Below are positions 8,861 to 19,714 of a stretch of 64,000 bases of DNA, piece by piece. A program made the position numbers and the translations under genes. Each line of letters opens with the position of its first letter. The stretch's first letter is position 1. A model generated the notes under the pieces. The model saw only the letters and a list, made by a program, of their open reading frames with translations, was not told the origin of the DNA and ran no database searches. Source of the stretch: Vicinamibacterales bacterium (GTDB lineage: Bacteria; Acidobacteriota; Vicinamibacteria; Vicinamibacterales; UBA8438); contig CBDBMZ010000003.1 of the NCBI GenBank assembly GCA_965207615.1, forward strand, positions 1,257,994-1,321,993, read 5' to 3'.

Positions 8861-10239
8861 CCGTGCGCGGGCGGTCGGCCGACGACGCCGTCGCGGTCCT
8901 CGTGCGCGCGGCCCGCGACACGCCCCATCCCGAGCGCCCCGAAGCGGCCCGCGGCGTGTGGCGCAACCCCGGCCTGCGGTTCGCCGGCGTCTCCGACGAG
9001 GACTTCGAGGCGATGCTCGATCGACAGGCGCCCGGCGTGCGCGCCGCCGTCGACGACGTGCGCCGGTGGTGGCTGGCCGAGCTGCTCACCTCCCCGGCAC
9101 CGCTGCGGGAGAACCTGGTGCTCTTCCTGCACGGGGTCTTCGGCAGCAGCACCCGCCCGGTCGACGCCCCCCACGCCCTCCACGCGCGCAACGCCCTGCT
9201 GCGCCGGCGGTGCCTCGGCACCGTCCCGGACCTCCTCGCGGCCCTCGTCGTCGACCCCGCCATGATGATCCAGATCGGCATGGACGGGCACCGGCGGCTG
9301 CGCGTGTCCGACCGCGCGGCCAAGCTCGTCCTCGACCACTGGACGGTCGGCGAGGGGGCCTACGGGCCGCGCGACCTCGAGGAGCTGTCGAGGGCGCTGA
9401 CGGGCTGGCGGCTCGTCGCCCCCGAGGGGCGCGGGCCGGCCCGCGAGATCGCCCGCCGGGCGCCGCGGGCGGCGCAGCGCACCGGCCTCGTGCCGACGTT
9501 CCGCCCCGCGGACTTCGACGACGGCCCGAAGACCATTCTCGGCCGCACCCGCCCGTTCGACGCGCGCTCGGCGGTGCGGTGGCTGGCCGCGCAGGACGCG
9601 ACGGGCCGTCGCTTCGGCCGTCTGCTGCTGGCCCACCTCGGCGTCGAGGACGGCGGCGGGGCCCTCGAGGCGCGGCTCGCCGCCGTCTACGGGGCGACCG
9701 GCGGGTCCATCGAGGCGCTGCTCCGCGAGGTCGTGCGTTCCGAGGCGTTCTGGTCCGAGGCCTCGCGCTGGACGTTGATCAAGAGCCCCGTCCACCTCGC
9801 GGCGGGCGCCTGCCGCCAGCTCGGCATCGCGTCGCCGCCGGTGGCGGATATCGCGCGCTGGCTCGAGGCGAGCGGCCAGACCCTGTTCGACACCCCGAAC
9901 AACGGCGAGGGGGGCTGGCCGGGTCGGGAGGCCTGGGTGTCGCCCCCGTCGCGCCTGACCGTCCGGTACCATCTCGCCGCCGCCCTCGGGGGTCGGCTGC
10001 CGCCCCTCGGCCTCGAACGCCCCGATCCGTCCGGCCGCGAAACGGCCGGCGCGCCCGACGTCCCGCTCGACGCGACGCTCCGCGAAGCGTCGCCGTCGGA
10101 ACTGCTCTCGCGGCTCGACCCGGCCCCGGGGCTGGACGCGGCGGCGATCGAGCGAGCGGTGTCCGGCGCCGCGTCGCCGGAAGGCCGCAGCACGTTCATC
10201 CAACGCGTGATGATGTCCCCCGAGTATCAACTGGCGTGA
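8755..10239 (+). CDS. DUF1800 family protein (divergent)
   Basis: RHLLRRLAF, PLRENLVLFLHGVF, SRALTGW, LIKSPVH, GQTLFDTPN..GWPG and MMSPEYQL; followed by DUF1501 as usual. Confidence 0.85.
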   Translation: MTRAQEPESDRVLTDAERRHLLRRLAFAATPALEEAVRGRSADDAVAVLVRAARDTPHPERPEAARGVWRNPGLRFAGVSDEDFEAMLDRQAPGVRAAVDDVRRWWLAELLTSPAPLRENLVLFLHGVFGSSTRPVDAPHALHARNALLRRRCLGTVPDLLAALVVDPAMMIQIGMDGHRRLRVSDRAAKLVLDHWTVGEGAYGPRDLEELSRALTGWRLVAPEGRGPAREIARRAPRAAQRTGLVPTFRPADFDDGPKTILGRTRPFDARSAVRWLAAQDATGRRFGRLLLAHLGVEDGGGALEARLAAVYGATGGSIEALLREVVRSEAFWSEASRWTLIKSPVHLAAGACRQLGIASPPVADIARWLEASGQTLFDTPNNGEGGWPGREAWVSPPSRLTVRYHLAAALGGRLPPLGLERPDPSGRETAGAPDVPLDATLREASPSELLSRLDPAPGLDAAAIERAVSGAASPEGRSTFIQRVMMSPEYQLA

Positions 10240-10260
10240 GCGCCAGCCTGGAGGAGACCG

Positions 10261-11505
10261 ATGAACACCATCAGCCGACGCGACCTGTTGACCTGGTTCG
10301 CCCTGACGCCTACGGTTCCGTTCTTCGTCCGCGAGAGCGCGCGGGCGGCGGCCGCGGGGACGCAGGCGGCCGACGGCGGCGGGGCGGCCGGCCACGACGG
10401 GCGCGTGGTCGTCGTCCTGCGGCTGCGGGGCGGCAACGACGGACTGAACACGGTGGTGCCGGTGCGCGACGACCGCTACTACCGGGCGCGCCCGACCATC
10501 GCCATCCCCCGGCAGGACACCATTCCCCTCGACGGGACCGACCTCGGCCTCAACCCGTGGCTCGGCGAGGTGCGCCGGCTGATGGACGACGGCCACGCCG
10601 GCATCGTGCAGGGCGTGGGCTACCCGCGCTCGTCCCGGTCGCACGCGCGGGCGACCGAGATCTGGGAGACGGGCTCGGTGGCCCCCGAGGCGCCGCGCCA
10701 CGGCTGGCTCGGCCGCTATCTCGACCACGCCTGCGAGTGCGGCGACGAGCCGCTGGCCGGCGTGCAGTTCGACGAGACGCTCGGCCGCACCCTGGCCTCG
10801 GCCTCGGGCCGCAGCGCGTCGATCGGCCACCCCGAGCTGCTGCTCGGAATGGACGCCGCCCCGCCGCCGGCCGTCGCCGCGCGCGGCCCGCGCGCCGGCC
10901 GGCTCGACTATCTCAGGCAGGTCGACAACCGCCTCGCCCAGGCCGCGCGTCAGCTCCACCGCGCGCGGGCCGGCACCGGCGGCGGCTTCGACTACCCCGA
11001 CAGCGCCTTCGGCCAGTCGCTGCGGTGGACCGGCGACATGATCGAGACGGGCAGCCCGACCCGCGTCTACTACGTGTCCCTCGGCTCGTTCGACGGCCCC
11101 GACCCGGCCTCGTTCGACACCCACGTCGACCAGCCCGCGAAGCACCGGGTCCTCTTCACCGAGCTCGGGCGCGGCCTGCGCGCCTTCACGCGCCACCTGC
11201 GCCGGGCCGGGCAGCTCGACCGCGTGCTCCTGCTGACGTTCTCCGACTTCGGCCGCCTCGTCACCGAGAACCAGACCGGCGGCACCGAGCACGGCGACGC
11301 CGGGGTGCTCTTCGTGGCCGGCGGCGGCGTGCGGGCGGGTCTGCTCGGCGAGCCGGCCGACCTCGGCAAAGTCACCCGCGGCGGCCTCGACGCCACCGTC
11401 GACTTCCGCGACATCTACGCCGACGTGCTGCAGCGGTGGCTCGGCGTCGACCCGGCGGCGATCCTCGGCCCCGCGGTCGGCTCGTTCCCCGTCGTGAGCG
11501 CGTGA
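10261..11505 (+). CDS. DUF1501 domain protein with Tat signal
   Basis: ISRRDLL Tat motif; LRGGNDGLNTVVP, SRSH, FDTH, FSDFGR, GTEHG, VDFRDIYA. Confidence 0.9.
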   Translation: MNTISRRDLLTWFALTPTVPFFVRESARAAAAGTQAADGGGAAGHDGRVVVVLRLRGGNDGLNTVVPVRDDRYYRARPTIAIPRQDTIPLDGTDLGLNPWLGEVRRLMDDGHAGIVQGVGYPRSSRSHARATEIWETGSVAPEAPRHGWLGRYLDHACECGDEPLAGVQFDETLGRTLASASGRSASIGHPELLLGMDAAPPPAVAARGPRAGRLDYLRQVDNRLAQAARQLHRARAGTGGGFDYPDSAFGQSLRWTGDMIETGSPTRVYYVSLGSFDGPDPASFDTHVDQPAKHRVLFTELGRGLRAFTRHLRRAGQLDRVLLLTFSDFGRLVTENQTGGTEHGDAGVLFVAGGGVRAGLLGEPADLGKVTRGGLDATVDFRDIYADVLQRWLGVDPAAILGPAVGSFPVVSA

Positions 11506-11519
11506 ACCAGGAGATCCCG

Positions 11520-11948
11520 ATGCGCAAGACGCTTCCCGGACTGACCCTCGCGACGTTGCTGCTGTGCCTCGCATCGCCGATGGCGCAGGAGGCCGACCAG
11601 GACGACCTGCAGACGCTACAGGGCGAATGGACCGTGGCCGCGGCCGAGCAGGGCGGCCGGCCGTTCGACGTCATCGTCGGCGGCGTCCTCACCATCACCG
11701 GCGACCGCTTCGCGCTGGTCACCGCCACCGGCAACGAGCTCGCCGGGCAGATACGGCTCGACGCGGCGCCGTCGCCCCGCCACCTCGACTTCGTGCACGA
11801 CGACGGGCTTCTGTGGGAGGCGATCTACGTCGCCGCGCCGGATTTCTTCCGGCTCAACTACGTCGAGGCGAGCCCCGAGACGCCGCGGCCGACGATGTTC
11901 GTCACCGGGTCGGACGCGCCGGGCACGGTCATCGTCATGGAACGCTGA
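11520..11948 (+). CDS. Secreted TIGR03067-like domain protein
   Basis: Signal peptide followed by DDLQTLQGEWTVAAAEQGG...LDAAPSPRHLDF...AIY...RPTMF. Confidence 0.75.
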   Translation: MRKTLPGLTLATLLLCLASPMAQEADQDDLQTLQGEWTVAAAEQGGRPFDVIVGGVLTITGDRFALVTATGNELAGQIRLDAAPSPRHLDFVHDDGLLWEAIYVAAPDFFRLNYVEASPETPRPTMFVTGSDAPGTVIVMER

Positions 11949-11977
11949 CGGCCTCGGGCGCGGTGCGGCACGGGGCC

Positions 11978-13258
11978 TCACCCCATTGGCTCCAACCTGG
12001 TCCTAGTCGGAGGCCGCGGGAACGGCGGGCCGTACGTGGCTCGCCGCCAGATCCACTCCACGGGGCCCTGGGCGCGTCGTGCCAGCCACCAGCGGCACAC
12101 GCGCTGCTGCGCGACGAGGATCGCGAGCGCCACGAGGGGGAGCGTCGCGATGGGCAGCCGGCCGGCCAGGCCCGCGCCGTGCGACGAGAAGAGCAGCAAC
12201 TGGACGACGGTCTGCGACAGGTAGACGCTCAGCGCCATCCGGCCCAGCGGCACGAACCATGCGAGCCGCGCCCGCCATGCCTGCTCCCAGGCGAGCGAGA
12301 CCAGTGCCATGTAGGCGAGCGCGAGGGGTGTCGTTCCGAGCGTGTAGGCGGCCGTCTGGCCGAGTCCCACGGCAGACAGCGCGAATGTCGATCGCGCCTC
12401 GGTCTTGATCGCCGCGTACACGGCGCTGGCCAGCAGCCCGACCGCGCCGCCCATCCACACGGTGCGCCAGAGCGCGCGTCGCGAGGTCGAGAGCCGCGGC
12501 AGCACCGTCGCGGCCAGCCAGGCCCCGAGCACGAACAGCGCGAGCACCTTGGCCGGCCGCCCGGCTTGCATGTACGTGCCCGGCCGCACGACGGCGTAGG
12601 CCGTGTTCCACGCCCAGTAGTCCGAGGAGGACCCGTGCGCGAAGAGATCGAGCGTCGTCCTGCCAGCGATGCCGAGCCCTTCCCGCACGGTCGCGCCCAG
12701 GGCGGCGAACGGCGCGCGCGGGTCGAGGGCGCCGCCCGAGAGCCACACCACGAGGTGGGTGGCGAGCGGCACCGCGAAGAGGACCGCCATCGCGCCGAGA
12801 CGCCAGCGCGGGGACCAGCGCCACAGCGACGGCAGCAGCAGGCCCATCACCCCGTAGAGCAGCAGGATGTCTCCGGCCCACAGCGCGTACATGTGCGTGA
12901 GCCCGATGAGCATCAGCACGGCCATGCGCCGGTGGAAGAACGGCCCGACATCGTGCCCGCGCGCTCCGGCCCGCGCCGCCTGCAGCGCGAAGCCGATGCC
13001 GAACAGAATCGAGAAGACCGAGTAGAACTTGCCTTCGACGAGCCAGTCGACGCCGAAGAGCACGGCCTGCCCCACGGCCGCGGCCGGCTGCGCCGCGCGA
13101 CCGGCCGCGTCGAGCATGTTGGCCCCGAAGAAGCTGGTGAGATTCGCGAGCAGAATGCCGCCGAGCGCCATGCCGCGAATGGCGTCGAGCAAGGGGAGGC
13201 GTTCGCCCGCGGTCGTCGGACCGACGACGGCGGATCCGGAGGAGGCGGCCGGCAGCAT
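11978..13258 (-). CDS. DUF418 family membrane protein (YeiB-like)
   Basis: RLPLLDAIRGMALGGILLAN, GKFYSVFSILFGIGF, GDILLLYG, GRMALSVYLSQT, QGPVEWIWR. Confidence 0.9.
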   Translation of the reverse strand: MLPAASSGSAVVGPTTAGERLPLLDAIRGMALGGILLANLTSFFGANMLDAAGRAAQPAAAVGQAVLFGVDWLVEGKFYSVFSILFGIGFALQAARAGARGHDVGPFFHRRMAVLMLIGLTHMYALWAGDILLLYGVMGLLLPSLWRWSPRWRLGAMAVLFAVPLATHLVVWLSGGALDPRAPFAALGATVREGLGIAGRTTLDLFAHGSSSDYWAWNTAYAVVRPGTYMQAGRPAKVLALFVLGAWLAATVLPRLSTSRRALWRTVWMGGAVGLLASAVYAAIKTEARSTFALSAVGLGQTAAYTLGTTPLALAYMALVSLAWEQAWRARLAWFVPLGRMALSVYLSQTVVQLLLFSSHGAGLAGRLPIATLPLVALAILVAQQRVCRWWLARRAQGPVEWIWRRATYGPPFPRPPTRTRLEPMG

Positions 13259-13267
13259 CTCCCCGGG

Positions 13268-14449
<1,182 letters not shown>

Positions 14450-14523
14450 CTCGCGGATGTGCGTCCATCCCCGGCGCGACCGGCTTCCAGCGGATGCGGT
14501 GGACAGGCCGCCGCCCTGCGCGG

Positions 14524-14568
14524 ATCGTAGCCCCTGCCGCCCGGCGGCATCCTGAAGATTTGCTGAAG
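14524..14568 (-). promoter_or_regulatory. CTTCAG-N5-CTTCAG box plus -10 upstream of the MbnH-like gene
   Basis: Minus strand CTTCAG(14568-14563)-caaat-CTTCAG(14557-14552), then TACGAT (14529-14524) 22 nt downstream; same geometry as the TBDR promoter. Confidence 0.65.
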
Positions 14569-14599
14569 TCGGTCTGGCCGAACTCGGCGTACGACAGCA

Positions 14600-14789
14600 C
14601 CCACGGCACCGAGGAAGACGGCGAGGTCCAACAGGTCGTAGACCCGCGCATCGGAAGCGCGCGGCGAAATGAGCGTGGTCTTGCCGGTTTGCCGGGGGCC
14701 GAGCGGAAAGTGGGACTTCCGGGCAGCAGGGCGAGCAGGTTCAGCGCGCGACCGATGATGGGCCTGTCGACACGGTCGTCACCTGTCAT
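14600..14789 (-). pseudogene. Frameshifted 5' remnant of an AAA+ ATPase (AAA_14/DUF4143 type)
   Basis: IGRALNLLALL / frameshift / RKSHFPLGPRQTGKTTLIS...ARVYDLLDLAVFL; Walker A intact, rest of gene absent. Confidence 0.7.
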
Positions 14790-14864
14790 GACATATGACG
14801 ACAACGCCGACTCGACCCATCGGGCCGATGGCATGCGAGAGCGGTCGACCGAGTCGATTCCCCG

Positions 14865-15944
14865 TCATCGCGGATCCGGGCCGGGCCGGCCGTACACCGC
14901 CCCCAGCCTGCGAACGAAGACCTCACGCTCGAAGCCGCGCGGGGCATCGACGCGATGCCCCGGCCCAATGCGGAGGGCCCTGGCGAGCCCGTCGACGTCG
15001 CCCCAGGGCGCGAGCAGGTCGCCACCGGGGTGCCACTCGCGCACCCCGCCGCTGTCCCACGCGGCGACCGGCGTGCCGAGGGTCAGGGCCTCCAGGCCCA
15101 CGATGCCGAACGGCTCCTGCCAGCGCGAGGGCATGACGAGGACGGCGGCGCGGCGGTAGGCGGCAGAGAGGCGCCGGCGGTCGAGCCAGCCCAGCACCTC
15201 GACACCCTCCGCCTCGATCTCGCGGCGCAAGGGGCCGGTGCCGGCCACGACGAAGGGCAGGCGCGAGCCCGAGCGTCGCCAGGCTTCGATCGCATCGCGA
15301 ATGCCCTTGGCCTCGACCACCCGCCCCGCGAAGAGGACGCAGGGTGGACCGTCGGCCCGCGCGCCGAAGTCGAGGCCGTGGGCGACGGGGGGAACGACGG
15401 TGATCCGATCCGCCGGGACCCCCACCCGGGTCAGCTCCCGCTTCATGTAGGACGACAGCACGGTCAACCGCAGGCGTTTCACCGACTCCAGCCGCTGCGC
15501 GGTGAGCTCGAGGGTGTCCTCGAAGTACGCTGGGTCGTCGAAGCAGCCGGCGCACACCTCGCGTCCCATCGGGTCGCCGCACACCCGACCGTCGGAGGTC
15601 CACTTGCCCCGTCCCGGACAGAAGAAGCGGTGGTCCTGGACCGTCATCACCGCATCCACGCCGACCGCCCAGGCCAGCACCTCGGGGTTGACCACGTTGT
15701 GGACGTGCACCAGGTCGGGGCGGAACCCGGCCAGCAGGGGGTCGAGATCGGCGTCGGCACGTATCCTGGCGTCGAGCCGCGGTACGACCGTCACCGGACA
15801 GGGCGGGCGCACCGCGCCGTCGTCGCGGCCCACGGCGAGGTGCATGCGGTGACGGCCGTCCGACAGGGCGCCGAGAAGGCCGAGCAGAGCGAGGTCGGCG
15901 CCTCCGCGGTCACTCAGCCGATCCGCGACGTGGAGAATCCGCAT
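14865..15944 (-). CDS. Glycosyltransferase family 4 protein
   Basis: MRILHVAD..GGAD, PDLVHVHN, FAGRVVEAKG, PSRWQEPFGIVGLEA. Confidence 0.92.
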   Translation of the reverse strand: MRILHVADRLSDRGGADLALLGLLGALSDGRHRMHLAVGRDDGAVRPPCPVTVVPRLDARIRADADLDPLLAGFRPDLVHVHNVVNPEVLAWAVGVDAVMTVQDHRFFCPGRGKWTSDGRVCGDPMGREVCAGCFDDPAYFEDTLELTAQRLESVKRLRLTVLSSYMKRELTRVGVPADRITVVPPVAHGLDFGARADGPPCVLFAGRVVEAKGIRDAIEAWRRSGSRLPFVVAGTGPLRREIEAEGVEVLGWLDRRRLSAAYRRAAVLVMPSRWQEPFGIVGLEALTLGTPVAAWDSGGVREWHPGGDLLAPWGDVDGLARALRIGPGHRVDAPRGFEREVFVRRLGAVYGRPGPDPR

Positions 15945-16065
15945 CGCCGCTGCCGCTCGACGAGGTCCAAGTCGGACCGGCCCTTCCTTCTTCAACCACG
16001 GAACCGGCGTCGAGCCGGCGAGACAGGCGCGGATCGATCCCGTTGCAGAGGCCGAGGAGCGGCGT

Positions 16066-16377
16066 TCAACCTGCCGCGGCCTCCCCCGACCGGATCACCG
16101 TGATCTCGCGGTGCGCCAGATGACCGCGCACGCGGTCGACGTTCGCCCGCCACCAGTCGGAGCCGTAGAACGCCGCCTCCTTCCGCTCGAGATCCGCGTC
16201 GGTCTCCCCGTAGCTCCGCACCCAGATGAACTGCGTTCCGGCGTCGTTCACCCAGGCGCCCTCCACCTTGATGTCGTGCTCGCGGAGCAGCGGCGCGATG
16301 TGGCCGTGGAACAGATCGAGCCAGCTCTCCATCTGCCCCTTGTTGATCGTGTACACGCGAAGGTGGGCTATGGTCAT
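16066..16377 (-). CDS. NIPSNAP family protein
   Basis: LRVYTINKGQMESW...FIWVRSY...AAFYGSDWW; ATGA overlap with the amidase stop. Confidence 0.85.
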   Translation of the reverse strand: MTIAHLRVYTINKGQMESWLDLFHGHIAPLLREHDIKVEGAWVNDAGTQFIWVRSYGETDADLERKEAAFYGSDWWRANVDRVRGHLAHREITVIRSGEAAAG

Positions 16378-18035
16378 CTCATGTCCGGCGGGGGAACCCG
16401 GCGCAACGTCGCCTGCTCGAAGGCGTAGGCCAGCTCGATCAGTCGCGGCTCGCTGCAGGCCATCCCCGCGAAGCTCACGCCGAACGGCCGGGGCTCCGGC
16501 TCGAAGCCCTCCGGCATCGGCGGGTCCGATTCGGTCGTCACGAACGCGAACGGCACGATCACGGTCGGGTAGCCCGGCCGGGCCGAGATTCCCGCCCCGC
16601 TCGACCCGGGAAAGAGCAGGGCGTCCAGCTCGAGACCGGTCATCACCTCGTCGATGCCATGCTCGCCGTTCAGGCGCAGGTCCCGCGCGCGGTCCGCCTC
16701 GTACTCGGCGTGGTCGGCCTCCAGGTCCATCTCGTCCGCGCCGTCGAGGCGTGCCTGCCCGTACTTGAGCGCGCCCGCCTGCTCGTGGGCCAGGTTCCAC
16801 TCGCGAAGCGCCGTGAGCGTGGTGACGGGGGCGGTGTCGCCCAGGGTCGCGAGCCAGGCGTTGAAATCGCGCTTCATGCCGTACGCGAGCACGCTGCTCC
16901 CCGGGTTCGCGAGCAGGTTGCGGGCGGGGTCGGGGTCGACGACGCTCGGGATGTCCGCCGGATCGACGATGGTGGCGCCCTCCTGCTCGAGGACCGCAAT
17001 CGCCTCGGCCATCGCGGCCCGGCCCGCCTCGGACAGCCGGCGCTGCGGCTCGTCGGCGCCGGGGGGCGTGACCGGGTCGTAGTAGAGCGCCCGCGGAATG
17101 CCGATGCGCGCCCCCTGCAGGCCGTCGCGGCGGAGGAAGACCGTGTAGTCCCGATCGGACGGCGGCTCGCAACGCGACGTCGCCGGGTCGTTCGGGTCCG
17201 GCCCGGCGCTCTCGAGGGCCCCGAACAGGATGGCGGCATCGGCGACGGTGCGCGCCATCGGGCCCGCCGTGTCCTGGTCGGCCGTGATCGGAATGACGCC
17301 CCAGCGGCTCACCCGCCCCACCGTCGGCTTGATGCCCGCCAACATGTTGGCGTTCGACGGGGACAGGATGGAGCCCGACGTCTCGGTCCCGACGTTCGCC
17401 GCCCAGAAGCTGCTCGCGGTGCCGATGCCGGAGCTGGAGCCGCCGGTGCCCATGACGGGGCGGCCGTCGTTCGTGCCCGCCCGCGGGTCGCGGCGGGGGT
17501 CGTACGGGTTCAGGCCGAATCCCCCCACCGCGCTGTAATTGCCGGGCATGCCGCTGGCGGTGTAGTTCGCGAGCTCGGTCATGACGGTCTTGGCGAGGAT
17601 GACCGCTCCCGCCTCGCGCAGGTTGGTGGTGAGCGTCGCCTCGTACGGCGGCACGTAGCCTTCGAAGGCCAGCGCGCCCCCGGTGGTCGGCAGGTCGGTC
17701 GTGTGGATGTTGTCCTTGAGCGCGACCGGAATGCCGTGGAGCGGCCCGCGGACCCGCCCCTCGGCGCGCTCCGCGTCGAGCCGGTCCGCGTCCGCGAGGG
17801 CGTTGGCGTTGACCGCGATCGCGGCGTTCACGCGCTCTTCGTGCAGGGCGATGCGCAGCAGGTGCGCCTCGACCAGCTCCCGTGACGTGGTCCGCCCCTC
17901 CTCCATCGCCCGTTGCATCTCGAGGATGGTTGCTTCGACCACGTCGAAACGCGCCTCCCGATCCTCGACCGTGCACGAGGCGAGGAGCCCGGGCAGGAGG
18001 GCCGCGGAGAGCACGAAGGCAGGACGGGTGTTCAT
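16374..18035 (-). CDS. Amidase-signature family protein (probable lipoprotein)
   Basis: GPLHGIPVALKDN, GGSSSG, GTETSGSILSP; lipobox-like LLASC. Confidence 0.93.
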   Translation of the reverse strand: MNTRPAFVLSAALLPGLLASCTVEDREARFDVVEATILEMQRAMEEGRTTSRELVEAHLLRIALHEERVNAAIAVNANALADADRLDAERAEGRVRGPLHGIPVALKDNIHTTDLPTTGGALAFEGYVPPYEATLTTNLREAGAVILAKTVMTELANYTASGMPGNYSAVGGFGLNPYDPRRDPRAGTNDGRPVMGTGGSSSGIGTASSFWAANVGTETSGSILSPSNANMLAGIKPTVGRVSRWGVIPITADQDTAGPMARTVADAAILFGALESAGPDPNDPATSRCEPPSDRDYTVFLRRDGLQGARIGIPRALYYDPVTPPGADEPQRRLSEAGRAAMAEAIAVLEQEGATIVDPADIPSVVDPDPARNLLANPGSSVLAYGMKRDFNAWLATLGDTAPVTTLTALREWNLAHEQAGALKYGQARLDGADEMDLEADHAEYEADRARDLRLNGEHGIDEVMTGLELDALLFPGSSGAGISARPGYPTVIVPFAFVTTESDPPMPEGFEPEPRPFGVSFAGMACSEPRLIELAYAFEQATLRRVPPPDMR

Positions 18036-18283
18036 GCCAGGCCTCGCTTCCGCCCCGGTAGGGCTCGAGGAGCCAAGTGGTCTCGCCCCTCTCGGCGGAT
18101 GGCTCGGGCCGCCGAGACGCGGCGAGGTCGGCGACCGGGAACAGCCCGATTATAGGGGCCTTCCGCAGTTCACGGGAACCGGCGGCCGCTGGTAGCGGCG
18201 TCCGACCACACGAGCCACGACAACTGCTGCTGCGTATCGAGCCCTTCGCGGCTCTTCGCGGATTGAACTCGAGGATTTGAACC

Positions 18284-19441
18284 TCACCAGGCGCGCCGGT
18301 ACAGCTCGAGGGCGTCGCGGGCGCCGAAGGGCCGCGGATTGAACGTGCCCGTCCACTGTGTGGCCGCAGCCTCGGCCAGCGACGGCAGATCGTCGGTCGC
18401 GACGCCGGCGGTCCGGAGATCGCGCGGGAATCCCCCCGACCTGCCGGCGGCGGCGAGACGGCGGGCGAGTCGGTTGCCGGCCGGGCCGCCATCCGATGCG
18501 GCCGGAAGCCCGTCGGCGAGGCCGCCGTAGAGGTCGCTCTTGCCCTCCGCGTTCCACCGCACGACATGCGGCAGCAGGATCGCCAGCGCGATGCCGTGAG
18601 TCAGGTCGTAACGCGCCGTCAGCGGGTTGGCGCAGGCGTGCGCGGCCCCGAGCATCGAGTGCTCGATGGCCACCCCCGCGTAGAACGCCCCGAGCTGCAT
18701 CGCTGCCCGCGCGTCAACGTCGCCCGGATCGGCCAGCACCCGCTCGTAGTGGGGGTCGATCAGCCGGAACGCGGCGTGCGAGAACAGCGCCGAGACCGGG
18801 GTGCGCCGGGTGGTGACGGCGGTCTCCACCGCGTGGGCGAGGGCGTCGAAACCGGCGGCGGCGGTGACCGCGGGCGGCTGCGACAGGGTCAGATCGGGAT
18901 CGAGAATCGCGGCCGCGAACGCCAGCTTCGGGTCGCCGCACGCCATCTTCATGTGCGTCGCGGTATCGGCGATGACCGCGTAGCTCTGGGCCTCGGAACC
19001 CGTGCCGGCGGTCGTCGGCACCGCGATCATCGGGAGCAGCGGCTTCCGGGCGAGCCCGTAGCCCTTGTAGTCGGCGATCACGCCCCCGTTGGTGAGGAGC
19101 AGGTTGATGCCCTTGGCGCAGTCGAGGGGGCTGCCCCCGCCCAGCCCGATGACCCCGTCGGGCCGGCGGGCGGCGGCGAACTCGACCCCCCGGTCGACCA
19201 TCGCGCCGTCGGGGTTCGCCTCGCACGCGTCGAAGACCGCGGCCTCGACCCCGGCGTCGCGCAGTTGCCCGAGCGCGCGCTCGACGTGACCGGCATCGCG
19301 CAACCCGCGGTCGGTGACGAGCAGCGGCCGCGAGCAGCCGAGCTCGCGGGCCAGGGGCCCGAGCCGGTCGATGGCGCCCGATCCGAACACGAGACGGGTC
19401 CGAAGCTGGAACTCGAAGGGGGTCGCTGAAGCGGTCACCAT
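18284..19441 (-). CDS. Iron-containing alcohol dehydrogenase
   Basis: GLGGGSPLDCAK, PTTAGTGSE, DALAHAVE, HACANP, HGIA. Confidence 0.95.
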   Translation of the reverse strand: MVTASATPFEFQLRTRLVFGSGAIDRLGPLARELGCSRPLLVTDRGLRDAGHVERALGQLRDAGVEAAVFDACEANPDGAMVDRGVEFAAARRPDGVIGLGGGSPLDCAKGINLLLTNGGVIADYKGYGLARKPLLPMIAVPTTAGTGSEAQSYAVIADTATHMKMACGDPKLAFAAAILDPDLTLSQPPAVTAAAGFDALAHAVETAVTTRRTPVSALFSHAAFRLIDPHYERVLADPGDVDARAAMQLGAFYAGVAIEHSMLGAAHACANPLTARYDLTHGIALAILLPHVVRWNAEGKSDLYGGLADGLPAASDGGPAGNRLARRLAAAGRSGGFPRDLRTAGVATDDLPSLAEAAATQWTGTFNPRPFGARDALELYRRAW

Positions 19442-19714
19442 CCCTACAGTATGCTACCGGGGGCTGCGGTCATCCCGGCCGCGGAACCCCACGGCCGGGG
19501 CCCCCGCGCCGACGCGGAGCGCGCGAACGAACCCGCTCCGGGCACCGCACCGGCCGACCGTGGTTGCCCCCGGACGCGGAGGCGCCGGCGCGACGTCATG
19601 CTGCCGTACGCCAGGCGCGAAGCGGCGGAAACGGGTTGCGGCGGAACCGACGCCGTCGAGCGGAGCCGACCCCCGGCCGGCCCGCACCGGCCGACAAGGA
19701 CCAAGGGCCCTCCC

